Positions 38,322 to 48,009 of a stretch of DNA of 51,756 bases are shown one piece after another. The DNA is taken from assembly GCA_943359475.1 (NCBI GenBank), contig CALRHK010000003.1:1-51756 (forward strand), given 5' to 3'. The notes under the pieces were generated by a model. The model was not told where the DNA came from. It made no database searches and saw only the letters and a program-made list of their open reading frames with translations. The number at the start of each line of letters is the position of its first letter. The stretch's first letter is position 1. The DNA comes from Candidatus Nomurabacteria bacterium (lineage in GTDB: Bacteria > Patescibacteriota > Minisyncoccia > Phycocordibacterales > UBA9973). Both the position numbers and the translations under genes were made by a program.

Positions 38322-38825
38322 TTACCATGTTGTACAGATGGTAAGAACGCGGTTCCAAGTATGAACCTCTTCTGTCGCACGTTTCCGAGCTTCATCAAGA
38401 TGGAGTGAATCAGGGCGTGGCTTGAAAAGGAACGTATGTGGAACATACTCATTCATTATCAGTATATTAAGGGGTTCGTTATCGAAATACGCATCAAGTT
38501 GAAAATGGTGTGCGGCAAGCGCTTTTTCTTTTCCAGTCCTTACAAAATGTATATTTGTTTGCAAGATTCCAGTGCGACCATAAAATTTTTTTGCCAGTAA
38601 CCATTGCAGGGTTAGCATTTCGGCCCGGTGGTTTACTTTCGAAATAATAAAAATTGAGTTACTACCTTTGGTTCGTGCAATCTCTCTGAGTGCTTCTTCT
38701 GCCCCCGGCATAAATGGTATGGTGCCAATATAATCGGGATTACGAAGCAATTCACGTTTATCAATTTTTGATAGATCGGTAATGGTATCGCCTAAATCGA
38801 AACCTATTCTGTTTAAGGTGCGCAT
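38322..38825 (-). CDS. HAD-superfamily-like hypothetical protein
   Basis: IGFDLGDT and YFDNE motifs; TTGACT-17-CATACT promoter; first ATG at 38825. Confidence 0.6.
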   Translation of the reverse strand: MRTLNRIGFDLGDTITDLSKIDKRELLRNPDYIGTIPFMPGAEEALREIARTKGSNSIFIISKVNHRAEMLTLQWLLAKKFYGRTGILQTNIHFVRTGKEKALAAHHFQLDAYFDNEPLNILIMNEYVPHTFLFKPRPDSLHLDEARKRATEEVHTWNRVLTICTTW

Positions 38826-38871
38826 AGTGTTCTTTTTTATCAACAGTATGCGAAGTTTGTTAAAGAGTCAA

Positions 38872-40386
38872 CTATTTAAAGCGCTTCATGATGGTATCAA
38901 GTAATCCACCATGCTCATCAATATATTGACGGATGTGTTTACGTGCGACGGTTGTTTTTGTAAAATCGAGCCACGAAGCAGAGGGGTGTGCATTTTTATT
39001 TGGGATAATTTCCACAATATCACCCATTTTTAATTTGGTACTGAGCTTTGTTGCTTTACCATTTACTTTTGCTTGGGAGACCGTGTTGCCGATATCAGAG
39101 TGAATTGCATATGCAAAATCTACCGGTGAAGAATCTTCTGGCAGGTCAATTACGTCACCTTGTGGTGTGAAAACGAAAATACGGTCTTTGAAAAAGTCTC
39201 TTTTTAAAATTTGGAAGAATTTATCAGGCGAATTTGCCTCAGTGAGTTCGTTGAGTGTTGTAACATCTTCAATCCATGGAAATTTAACTGTGTCAGGTTT
39301 TTTTGAATTGAGAGGTGATTCTTTGTAGTGGTAATGTGCAGCAATACCATACTCTGCTTGCGCATGCATTTCACGAGTGCGAATTTGTATCTCTGCGAGG
39401 TAGCCATTACCGGTAAAAATAGTCGTATGGAGTGATTGATAGCCATTTGGCTTAGGGAGTGCAATATAATCTTTGATTCGAGCAGGAAGTGGTTTCCATG
39501 TGCTGTGTACGAGACCAAGCGCGTGATAGCAGTTTTCTATCGTTGGTACAATGACACGGAGCGCAACAATATCATAAATTTTTTCAATATCCATTTCATT
39601 TCGTTGTAGTTTACGCCAGAGACTGTATTTATGTTTCATTCGCGCAGAAATTTTTACTACAGGTATGCCTTCCTTTTTTAAGATTTCTTCAAGTTCTTTT
39701 CGTACGATTTCGAGTTGTTCAAGCATTCCACCTACGCGACTTTTCAGGAGGTCGTTTACTTTTTGATACTCTTTTGGGTATGCAAAAGGGAATGCAGCAT
39801 CTTCGAGTTCACCTTTGAGTTTACCAATACCAAGGCGATTTGCGAGCGGTGCGTAGACCTCGATAGCTTCCAATGCAATACGCTTTTGTTTTTCTGGGCG
39901 AATATGTCTAAGGGTGTGCAGGTTGTGTAGTCGATCAGCGAGTTTAATCATAAGCACTCGGAAATCATCAGCAAGTGCAACAAAAAATTTTCGTAGACTT
40001 TCTACATGACGTTCACGTCCTTGGTACTTTACTTTACCGAGCTTAGTGACTCCATTTACGAGAAAGACGATCTCGTCACCAAATTTTTCTTTGAGTTGTT
40101 CTTCTGTAATGTGGGTGTCCTCGATAACATCATGCAAGAGGCCTGCAGCGATTGTCACTGGATCCATGCCGTAGCGTGCGAGATTTTGTGCCGTTGCAAC
40201 AAGGTGGTTGAAGTACGGTTCACCGGAGGCACGTTTCTGTTCTTTGTGGGCTTCCTTTGCAAATAGGTAGGCACGGGAAATCAGCTCACGTGCATCACTA
40301 TTGGGATTAGTATCCATAAGCGAAAGGATAGTTTGAATGTCATCATCAAAGAGGTTTTCATTTGTTGTATCTTGAGTAGGTTCCAT
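38872..40386 (-). CDS. relA: RelA/SpoT family (p)ppGpp synthetase/hydrolase (HD-SYNTH-TGS, no C-terminal ZFD/ACT)
   Basis: R.SGEPY..H, LHDVIED, KLADRLHN, KDYI..PKPNGYQSLHT, EIQIRT and DFAYAIHS motifs; TACAAT 6 nt before ATG 40386. Confidence 0.93.
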   Translation of the reverse strand: MEPTQDTTNENLFDDDIQTILSLMDTNPNSDARELISRAYLFAKEAHKEQKRASGEPYFNHLVATAQNLARYGMDPVTIAAGLLHDVIEDTHITEEQLKEKFGDEIVFLVNGVTKLGKVKYQGRERHVESLRKFFVALADDFRVLMIKLADRLHNLHTLRHIRPEKQKRIALEAIEVYAPLANRLGIGKLKGELEDAAFPFAYPKEYQKVNDLLKSRVGGMLEQLEIVRKELEEILKKEGIPVVKISARMKHKYSLWRKLQRNEMDIEKIYDIVALRVIVPTIENCYHALGLVHSTWKPLPARIKDYIALPKPNGYQSLHTTIFTGNGYLAEIQIRTREMHAQAEYGIAAHYHYKESPLNSKKPDTVKFPWIEDVTTLNELTEANSPDKFFQILKRDFFKDRIFVFTPQGDVIDLPEDSSPVDFAYAIHSDIGNTVSQAKVNGKATKLSTKLKMGDIVEIIPNKNAHPSASWLDFTKTTVARKHIRQYIDEHGGLLDTIMKRFK

Positions 40387-40466
40387 AGTTTGATTGTAGA
40401 GAATAGATGCCAAAATCACAAGCCTGTTGGGTTGCACCCATAAGAGTGTTTGTGTATACTTTGCGC

Positions 40467-40635
40467 AGTTGATACACCTGTTTTTTTGGTTAAACGGGCG
40501 TGCGTACACTTGGCTGGAATAATCCTTCATTTTGATGGCCGTCAGAAGATCTTCTTCGGGCCACGGAACCTCCCAAATTTTTCAGTTTTTGCATACGCAC
40601 ATACTCGGCCTTTTCATAGGAGGCCGAGTTTTTTT
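40467..40635 (+). ncRNA. candidate 6S-like RNA
   Basis: TTGCAC-17-TATACT promoter; rod-shaped fold with symmetric 16/16 nt central bubble; strong terminator at 40603-40635; no sensible ORF. Confidence 0.55.
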
Positions 40636-40713
40636 ATTAATATAAATATTTTAAATACATTGACAAAATAATAATTATGTGTATAATGTTGCTAGAACTT
40701 AAACCCAAAGTAA

Positions 40714-41187
40714 ATGGCAAAAAAGAAAAGAAAATCCACGAAGCCACAGCTTCTTGGTAATAAGGTACTTTTGCGAGACGCGATTAAAGCGTCCGGAAAA
40801 AAGCAAAACCTGATTGCGAAAGAGTCTGGAATTAAGGAATTCCGACTCTCAAACTTGAAAAACTGCGTTGGCGCAGTAATTTCCGACGAGGAGGCCACAT
40901 CACTCAGAAGAGTGCTCGGGCTTTCGAAACTCGAAATTGAAAAGTTTCAAAAGGCGACCCGCATTTCAAAAAAACGCCAAAAAACGGCAAAAAAATCAAA
41001 GAACCGTCGCCGGAGTCGGTCAAAGAAGTCCACACCTACAGCAAAGGAGATGCTCCACAATTTGCTGATCGGTAACAAAATTACCGCAAAAGCACTCCGG
41101 GAGTATGGAGAAAAAGGGAAGATTTGGTTCAGAGAAGGTGTCTCTGACCAAAGAGCACTGTTAATTTTGATTGAATTGTCAAAATAA
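40714..41187 (+). CDS. Lys/Arg-rich hypothetical protein, possible XRE-type HTH
   Basis: Perfect TTGACA-17-TATAAT promoter; QNLIAKESGI...LSNL HTH-like segment; basic linker. Confidence 0.65.
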   Translation: MAKKKRKSTKPQLLGNKVLLRDAIKASGKKQNLIAKESGIKEFRLSNLKNCVGAVISDEEATSLRRVLGLSKLEIEKFQKATRISKKRQKTAKKSKNRRRSRSKKSTPTAKEMLHNLLIGNKITAKALREYGEKGKIWFREGVSDQRALLILIELSK

Positions 41188-41235
41188 TTGGCATCAGTCA
41201 AAAAAACCCGCACACGCGGGTTTTTTTTATTGCGT

Positions 41236-43431
41236 CTATTTTTTCTTGAGTTTGTCTGGTCGATGATTTGGACACTTCGTATTGCTACAGCGTTCTGGAA
41301 TCGTCTTAGTGCCTTCCATCATCAGTGAGCCACACATATCACAGATTCGGCCAGTTGGGCGAGCTTTGATCGCATTTTTGCATTCAGGATAATTTGAACA
41401 TGAGTAGAAAATACCAAAACGACCACGACGCTCCATCATTTCACCTTTTTTACACACAGGACACTGTACACCGGTCATCTTCTTTTTCTTTTCCTCCTCA
41501 TCCTCTTTGATGAATTTACATTTAGGATAGCGTGAACAAGAAATAAAACTTCCATATTTACCCTCACGAATCACGAGCTTACCTCCATGCTTTTCGCCAC
41601 ATTCTGGACAAGGTTCGCCGATTTCTTTTGGGCCTTCCATAATTTTGCCATCGATTGTACGCGCACCAGCACAGTCGGGGTAGCGTGAGCATGAAAGGAA
41701 TTTTCCTGAACGACCAAGTTTGATAATCATTGGTGCACCACATGTTGGACAAGGAAACTCTTTTGGTCCATCACCTAGGGTAGTAATTTTATCAATCTTA
41801 TCTTTTGATTTAATCTCTTTTGAAAATGGTCCGTAAAAATCTTTGAGTGTTTTTACATACTCACGTTTTCCTTCGGCAATCTCGTCGAGCTCGTCTTCCA
41901 TTTCTGCAGTGAACGTATCTGAAATATATTGCGCAAAGTTATTTTCGAGAAAAGTTGAAACAACATCACCAGTATCAGTAGGGAAAAGTGTGCGACCTTC
42001 TTTAGTCACGTATCCACGCTCTTCAATTGTGCGCATGATTGAAGCAAAGGTTGATGGACGACCAATACCTCTCGACTCGAGTTCTTTCACAAGGCCTGCT
42101 TCAGTATAACGACCAGGTGGTTGTGTTTCTTTTTGTTCACTCTCAAGTTCGATAAGTGTGAGTAGTTCTCCTTTTTCGATTTTTGGAAGTGTGACGTCTT
42201 CGCCTCGCGCATCGGTGTCGACAGCTAGCCAACCTGGGAAAAGTACGCGTGAGCCATTTGCAGCAAACGCAGGGAGGTCACTGTGATTAATAATTTCAGC
42301 AGTTACTTTTGTTTTGATAAGTTTTGCATCAACCATTTGTGATGACACCGTTCTTTCCCAGATAAGTTTATACAGTTTCTTCTGTTCTTCTGTAGTTCCA
42401 GAAGTCAGGAGCTCTACGTGTGTTGGACGAATTGCCTCGTGTGCTTCTTGAGCATTTTTTGATTTTGTTTTGTATACATTCGCTTGTGCGTATTCTTTGC
42501 CATACTTTTTTATTACAAGCGCGAGGATTTGCTCTTGGGCTTGCTTTGAGAGGTTTGTACTATCTGTACGCATGTAGGTTATATGACCAGCTTCGTAGAG
42601 TTTTTGTGCGACCTGCATAGTGCGCGCTGGCGAAAAACCCAAACGAGAACTCGCTGTTTGTTGGAGAGTTGAAGTTGTAAATGGCGCGCGGGCAGAACGT
42701 TTTTGTTCTGATTCCTTTACATCAACGACATGCCATTTGCCTGCACGGCCTGTTTCAAGTATTTTCTTTACGAGTTTTTCGTCGCGTGGTTCGTCGACAC
42801 AAGTGAGTGTTATCTTGTCGTTACTCTTAGTTTTGAAGTGACCAGAAAGTACCCAGTATTGTTCTGGGATAAATGCACGAATCTCACGTTCACGTTCCAT
42901 AATAATGCGGAGAGCAGGTGATTGTACGCGACCAGCAGAAAGTCCATAACGAACTTTTTTCCAAATAAGTCCAGAAAGATCGTACCCAACAAGGCGATCA
43001 AGAACACGACGTGCTTCCTGTGCTTGTACGAGTTGCTCATCAATATCTCGAGGTTCTTTGAGTGCTTCGGTCACAGCCTCTTTTGTGATTTCGTTAAACG
43101 TGACTCGTTTTATTGGCGCTTTAACTTTTTTATCTGCATCAAGAATTGCTTTAAGGTGCCATGAAATTGCTTCACCTTCACGGTCCGGGTCAGTCGCAAG
43201 AATAATTTCTTTTGCTTTCTCTGCAAGACCTTGGAGTTCATCAACAACTTTTTCTTTCCCTTTGGAAATTTCGTAGTGGGGGACAAAGCCAGCTGGAATA
43301 TCGATGGCTTTTTTATTTGATTTTGGGAGGTCGCGAATGTGGCCGACTGATGCGCGCACGGTATAAGCCCCATCGAGATATTTCTCGATTGTTTTTGCTT
43401 TTGATGGTGACTCAACGATTAATAATTTCAT
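41236..43431 (-). CDS. topA: DNA topoisomerase I
   Basis: IVESPSK, ATDPDREGE, SAGRVQS, ITYMRTDS motifs and C-terminal C4 Zn ribbons. Confidence 0.98.
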   Translation of the reverse strand: MKLLIVESPSKAKTIEKYLDGAYTVRASVGHIRDLPKSNKKAIDIPAGFVPHYEISKGKEKVVDELQGLAEKAKEIILATDPDREGEAISWHLKAILDADKKVKAPIKRVTFNEITKEAVTEALKEPRDIDEQLVQAQEARRVLDRLVGYDLSGLIWKKVRYGLSAGRVQSPALRIIMEREREIRAFIPEQYWVLSGHFKTKSNDKITLTCVDEPRDEKLVKKILETGRAGKWHVVDVKESEQKRSARAPFTTSTLQQTASSRLGFSPARTMQVAQKLYEAGHITYMRTDSTNLSKQAQEQILALVIKKYGKEYAQANVYKTKSKNAQEAHEAIRPTHVELLTSGTTEEQKKLYKLIWERTVSSQMVDAKLIKTKVTAEIINHSDLPAFAANGSRVLFPGWLAVDTDARGEDVTLPKIEKGELLTLIELESEQKETQPPGRYTEAGLVKELESRGIGRPSTFASIMRTIEERGYVTKEGRTLFPTDTGDVVSTFLENNFAQYISDTFTAEMEDELDEIAEGKREYVKTLKDFYGPFSKEIKSKDKIDKITTLGDGPKEFPCPTCGAPMIIKLGRSGKFLSCSRYPDCAGARTIDGKIMEGPKEIGEPCPECGEKHGGKLVIREGKYGSFISCSRYPKCKFIKEDEEEKKKKMTGVQCPVCKKGEMMERRGRFGIFYSCSNYPECKNAIKARPTGRICDMCGSLMMEGTKTIPERCSNTKCPNHRPDKLKKK

Positions 43432-43552
43432 ATTGCTAGTATTACATATACTATATGTATCGCATAATTGATACTACACATTATCTTATTTTGCAAATTG
43501 TAAAATAAAAAAAGCGAGATTTTTAATCTCGCTTTAAATGTTGTCCACAAAC

Positions 43553-43885
43553 TTATTCCTGCGCTTCAACACCCGCAATTTCGTCGTGGTGTTTGTTCAT
43601 GCATTTTTCCGAGAGACAGTACTTCTTATTTACACCCGGGAGTTTTCTTTTTACTGCAGTTTTGATTTTTTTCTGCAGAGCTTCGTCGGTGACCGGCGCG
43701 TTGTCGATAGTCATGTCTCCAAACTCAAGCGTATCCTGGTGCAACACTTTGCGGTGCCTGTTGCAGTAGTCACACGTTTCGTCTTGTTTTGATGCAGTGG
43801 GGACGCCAGCTGACACATTGTAGTACGCAGTAACTTCTTTTTTGTTACTCTCACTGTCTTTGACAGCTAAATTAAGTTTATTCAT
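43553..43885 (-). CDS. hypothetical protein with CxxC...C....C putative Zn site
   Basis: ORF with its own promoter and terminator. Confidence 0.65.
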   Translation of the reverse strand: MNKLNLAVKDSESNKKEVTAYYNVSAGVPTASKQDETCDYCNRHRKVLHQDTLEFGDMTIDNAPVTDEALQKKIKTAVKRKLPGVNKKYCLSEKCMNKHHDEIAGVEAQE

Positions 43886-43998
43886 TTGTATAGGAACGGT
43901 TTGGTTTATTACCGTAAATGCAATTATTCATTTATTTGATAAATTGTCAAACAAAAACCCGCACAGAAGTGCGGGTGGGAATATCAAATGAGGTTACA

Positions 43999-44247
43999 TT
44001 AAACCTCCTCAATCAGATATACCGATGTCATAGTACTCACCAAAAAACGGTTGTCTTTGGTTGGGGTAATCTTCGTCACCAGTGATGAATAAGATCCAGT
44101 AGTGAGTACAAAACCTTGGCCTACTACAAGATTGTTTTTCAAGTTACCGATGTACGATGATCCTACAGATACATCTGATGTTGCGTTGCCTTTGAGAGCA
44201 ACTTTCAGGGTGCGTACGCGTGCACCCTTAACGAGTTGTTTTGACAT
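43999..44247 (-). CDS. small hypothetical protein
   Basis: TTGACA-17-TACAAT promoter; ATG 44247 (MSKQLVKG...). Confidence 0.65.
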   Translation of the reverse strand: MSKQLVKGARVRTLKVALKGNATSDVSVGSSYIGNLKNNLVVGQGFVLTTGSYSSLVTKITPTKDNRFLVSTMTSVYLIEEV

Positions 44248-44336
44248 GAGCTTTGGGTTTAAGTCTGTATCAATTGTATCACGAATATACATATTTGTCA
44301 AGAAAAAAAGAGCCGTAAGGCTCTTTTGGTGATGTG

Positions 44337-44744
44337 CTACAGGAAGATAAATTGCGCGGCCATATTTGGTCCAGGAAGGCGCGCTTGGCGAATTCTTCGG
44401 TTATTGAAAAGTGCAGAACTATTTTTTACAAAGTTTACGAATTCGGCAAGGGTTTCATCATTTGCAACGTTTACAAGGAAATGGTATTGACCTTGCTTCT
44501 TTTCACTCGTGCCTGAGAAAACGCCTTTCGATTCAATAAGGAGATGGTGTGGTGGCACTTCGATTGATTCAAAGGTTTCTCCTGGGTGTGCACGTATAGC
44601 GATACGTTTGTTACGAAGGCATGCTGGTAGAAATACAATCATGTCATTTCCCTCACAGCCACCGGTGTTTGTTATCATTAATTCAGTAATTTTTTGCTGA
44701 GCATCTTTTTTGATAGTGCATTCGAGTACAAATTGTATTTCCAT
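44337..44744 (-). CDS. hypothetical protein
   Basis: ORF between dprA and the terminator at 44303-44327. Confidence 0.6.
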   Translation of the reverse strand: MEIQFVLECTIKKDAQQKITELMITNTGGCEGNDMIVFLPACLRNKRIAIRAHPGETFESIEVPPHHLLIESKGVFSGTSEKKQGQYHFLVNVANDETLAEFVNFVKNSSALFNNRRIRQARLPGPNMAAQFIFL

Positions 44745-44784
44745 GACCGTTTTTTATAAACGGTACTCGCATCTAATCAGTATG

Positions 44785-45663
44785 TCAATTGCGATGAATT
44801 TCTCCCATAAACTCACGAATGAGTCCTTTGATTTCCATGACTGAGAGGAGCGCGGTGATTTGAGTGATTGGCATGCCCGATTTATAGATAAGTAAATCGC
44901 GTGCGATTGGTTCTGCAATGAGATCAAAAATTTTTTGTTCGTCATCTGTAAGTGGTATGTGTGGTTTGGTGCTACTTTTTATTTCATGATGTTTATTTAA
45001 GGTACTTTCAATGCCAAGTGCTTCTAAGATATCTTCACTTGAAGTGATGGGGGTTGCGCCGAGTCGAATGAGCATATGGGTGCCTTTTGAATTTTCAGAA
45101 AAAATTGAGCCAGGTACTGCAAAGACATCACGATTGTAGTCTGTCGCAAGTCGTGAAGTGATAAGTGTGCCGGATTTTTCTTCGGCTTCAATCACAAGAA
45201 CAGCGTGTGCTATGCCGGCCATAATACGATTGCGTTGAGGGAAGCTCCAGATGGTTGCACGAAAATCTGGTGCAAATTCAGACAACAGACACCCACCATG
45301 AGAAAGTATTTCACGTGCAAGGCCGTGGTTGCTTGCCGGATAAAGTACTTTTTCATTAAGTCCTGAACCTGGTATTGCGATTGTTGGTAGGCCAGCTTTG
45401 AGTGCTGCCTTGTGCGCAAGTGTATCAAGGCCAAGTGCGAGTCCTGAGATAATACAGATGGGGTAGCCTGCCAAATCGGCAATAAGTTTTTCGCAAACCT
45501 CCTTGCCATAGTTTGTGTATTTACGTGAACCGACGACCACTAAACGGAAGTAGTTTTCCGGAGGGAGAGTTCCTGCAACCCACATTTCTTTGGGTGGGTG
45601 TGGTATTTCTAGGAGCTCCTCAGGGAACTCATGGGTAGCGAGTTTTCGCACCTCGTACGACAT
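44785..45663 (-). CDS. dprA: DNA-processing protein DprA
   Basis: VVGSR..T.YG, ISGLALGLD, FPQRNRI.AG, SGTLIT and VPGSI motifs. Confidence 0.97.
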   Translation of the reverse strand: MSYEVRKLATHEFPEELLEIPHPPKEMWVAGTLPPENYFRLVVVGSRKYTNYGKEVCEKLIADLAGYPICIISGLALGLDTLAHKAALKAGLPTIAIPGSGLNEKVLYPASNHGLAREILSHGGCLLSEFAPDFRATIWSFPQRNRIMAGIAHAVLVIEAEEKSGTLITSRLATDYNRDVFAVPGSIFSENSKGTHMLIRLGATPITSSEDILEALGIESTLNKHHEIKSSTKPHIPLTDDEQKIFDLIAEPIARDLLIYKSGMPITQITALLSVMEIKGLIREFMGEIHRN

Positions 45664-45776
45664 ATGTATATTGTATGATGCAAAAAATAAAATGCATTAG
45701 GAGATATGTTTATATTTTGCGAAAAGTGTTGCTTTTGCTACTATAGGTTTATTGCTAGACGCATACATATATTTAT

Positions 45777-47042
45777 ATGCTCGATATTAAATTTATTCGC
45801 GAAAACAAAGAACTCATACAAGAAGGTGCCCGAAAGAAGCACATCAACTTTGACGTAGAAAAACTGATCGAAACAGACGATAAGCGCCTCAAGCTTTTGA
45901 AGGCAGTTGAAGACATGCGCGCAGAACAGAATCGCACCAGTCTTATGATTGGCAACAATCTTGAGCCCGCACAACGCACCCAGCTATTAAATGAAATGAA
46001 AATCCTCAAGGAGGATATGAAAAATCAGGAAGACGAGCTGAAGAGTGTTATGCATGAATGGCAACTCTCTATGCTCCAAGTGCCTAATATACCTGATATT
46101 TCTGTGCCAGAAGGAGAGAGTGATGAGCAAAACATGGAAGTCCGTGTTGTTGGTGAAAAGCCCGTATTCTCATTCACCCCGAAGTCGCATCTCGAACTTA
46201 TGGAGATGCACGATCTTGCTGATTTTGAACGTGGTTCGAAAGTCTCAGGATTCCGTGGCTATTTTTTGAAAAATGATGGTGCGCGTCTTGAAATGGCTCT
46301 CTGGAATTATTTTATGGATTCACTTGTGCAAAAAGGATATCGCGCAATGATTGTGCCGTCACTTGTAAATCGTGAGACACTCTTTGGCACAGGCTACTTG
46401 CCACAAGGTGAAGAAGATCTCTATAAAACGCAAGATGGTGACTATCTTGCAGGTACTGGTGAAGTTGCGACAATGGCGTATTACTCAGGTGAAGTACTCG
46501 AGAAAGAAAAATTGCCACTCAAGTTCGCTTCATTTTCACCATGTTTCCGGCGTGAAGCAGGTGCACACGGCAAAGATGTCAAAGGGCTCTACCGCGTACA
46601 TGAATTCTTTAAGCTCGAACAAGTTGTACTTTGTGAAGCTTCGCACGAGGAAAGCGTGAAGTATCATGAAGAAGTTACTAAAAATGTTGAAGACCTTCTC
46701 ACTGAACTCGGATTGCCATATCATGTCGTGATTAACTGTGGCGGTGATCTTGGACTCGGACAGGTAAAGAAGTATGACATTGAAGTTTGGGTTCCATCAC
46801 AAGAGAAATATCGCGAAACACACTCTGCTTCATATTTCCATGATTTTCAAACACGACGCCTCAATATTCGCTACAAAGACACAGAAGGTAAAATGCGCTA
46901 TGTGCATTCACTCAACAATACTGCAGTAGCAACACCACGTATTCTCATTTCGATACTTGAAAACAATCAACAGGCTGATGGCACCATCAAGATACCCGCA
47001 CCACTCGTAAAATACATGGGCAAAGAGTATATCGGAAAATAG
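45777..47042 (+). CDS. serS: serine--tRNA ligase
   Basis: MLDIKFIREN, CFRREAG, RVHEF.KLE and HSLNNT motifs. Confidence 0.97.
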   Translation: MLDIKFIRENKELIQEGARKKHINFDVEKLIETDDKRLKLLKAVEDMRAEQNRTSLMIGNNLEPAQRTQLLNEMKILKEDMKNQEDELKSVMHEWQLSMLQVPNIPDISVPEGESDEQNMEVRVVGEKPVFSFTPKSHLELMEMHDLADFERGSKVSGFRGYFLKNDGARLEMALWNYFMDSLVQKGYRAMIVPSLVNRETLFGTGYLPQGEEDLYKTQDGDYLAGTGEVATMAYYSGEVLEKEKLPLKFASFSPCFRREAGAHGKDVKGLYRVHEFFKLEQVVLCEASHEESVKYHEEVTKNVEDLLTELGLPYHVVINCGGDLGLGQVKKYDIEVWVPSQEKYRETHSASYFHDFQTRRLNIRYKDTEGKMRYVHSLNNTAVATPRILISILENNQQADGTIKIPAPLVKYMGKEYIGK

Positions 47043-47068
47043 TATTACTAGTTTTTTTCACAACACTA

Positions 47069-47974
47069 ATGGCACAACGCCGAGATACGCTTGAGTCTCC
47101 TCGTGTGAGAGAGCTCAAACGACAGCGAATACAAAGCAAAAAGAAGAAAATTCTTTTGTGGACCGTCGGTAGTATTATGCTACTGACTGGTTTAGCATTT
47201 GCGTCGCACCTTCGCGTTATGCGCATTGAGCACGTCACTATTTCTGGTAATACAGTTGTTCATTCGGAAGCAATTCTTGAAAAAGTGCAGGAGGAACTTT
47301 TCGGAAGATACCTCTTTGCATTTTCAAAACAAAACTTTCTTTTGTATCCAAAAAATGCAATCGAAAAGCACCTCCTCGTCACACTCAAGCGTCTCGAAAC
47401 AGTAAAGGTAACACTCACTGATACTCATACGCTCGCAGTAGCTGTGACCGAACGCGAGGGGCGTTTTCTGTGGTGTGGCCACAGCTTTAAAGAAGAAGTG
47501 GGGGATATTCCTAACGACGATTGTTACTATATGGATATGAGTGGCTATATTTTTTCAAAGTCACCGTATTTTACGGGTAATGTGTACATAAAATTTTTTG
47601 GTACAGGATTGTTTGGTCCTTCTATTGATCCTGTCGGGAGGCAGTTTTTGCCAATTGAACAATTTGCGAATATAGAATCATTTCTTGCTGGATTACCAGC
47701 GCTTGGTATCGAACCATATGCGCTCCGTGTTGCTGATGGTGGTGATTATGATTTGTTTATCGCCTCACTTGAGCCCGGACGCAGTGTCTATACTAAAATA
47801 CTTTTTAATGAGCACTCCGATCCAAAAAAGTTGCTAGAGAATCTCTCTGCCGCACTCAAAGCAGAACAATTCAAAAATGATTTTATAATGCGGTTCAATG
47901 ACTTGCTCTATATCGATTTGCGATTCGCAAGTAAGGTCTATTATAAGTTTCGACCAACAACACCAGAGTTTTAG
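47069..47974 (+). CDS. ftsQ: cell division protein FtsQ/DivIB-like
   Basis: Basic N-terminus, TM, POTRA-like I..V.I.GN, V.ER and C-terminal YIDLRF..KVY motifs. Confidence 0.75.
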   Translation: MAQRRDTLESPRVRELKRQRIQSKKKKILLWTVGSIMLLTGLAFASHLRVMRIEHVTISGNTVVHSEAILEKVQEELFGRYLFAFSKQNFLLYPKNAIEKHLLVTLKRLETVKVTLTDTHTLAVAVTEREGRFLWCGHSFKEEVGDIPNDDCYYMDMSGYIFSKSPYFTGNVYIKFFGTGLFGPSIDPVGRQFLPIEQFANIESFLAGLPALGIEPYALRVADGGDYDLFIASLEPGRSVYTKILFNEHSDPKKLLENLSAALKAEQFKNDFIMRFNDLLYIDLRFASKVYYKFRPTTPEF

Positions 47975-48009
47975 TTGCACTTGCGCAACACCTCTGGTAC
48001 GCTCCGTGC

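Noticed and set aside
3642-41228. Recurrent similar hairpins (AAAACCGCC..GGCGGTTTT, AAAAGCACC..GGTGCTTTT, AAAACTCCCC..GGGGAGTTT) as a REP family
   Set aside because: Loops vary and all sit at gene ends with A/T tracts, so they are best explained as ordinary bidirectional intrinsic terminators
10708-43549. DnaA-box-like 8/9 matches (TTATCCACG 10708, TGTGGATAC about 27800, TTGTCCACA 43541) suggesting oriC
   Set aside because: Scattered single imperfect sites, with no cluster and no dnaA
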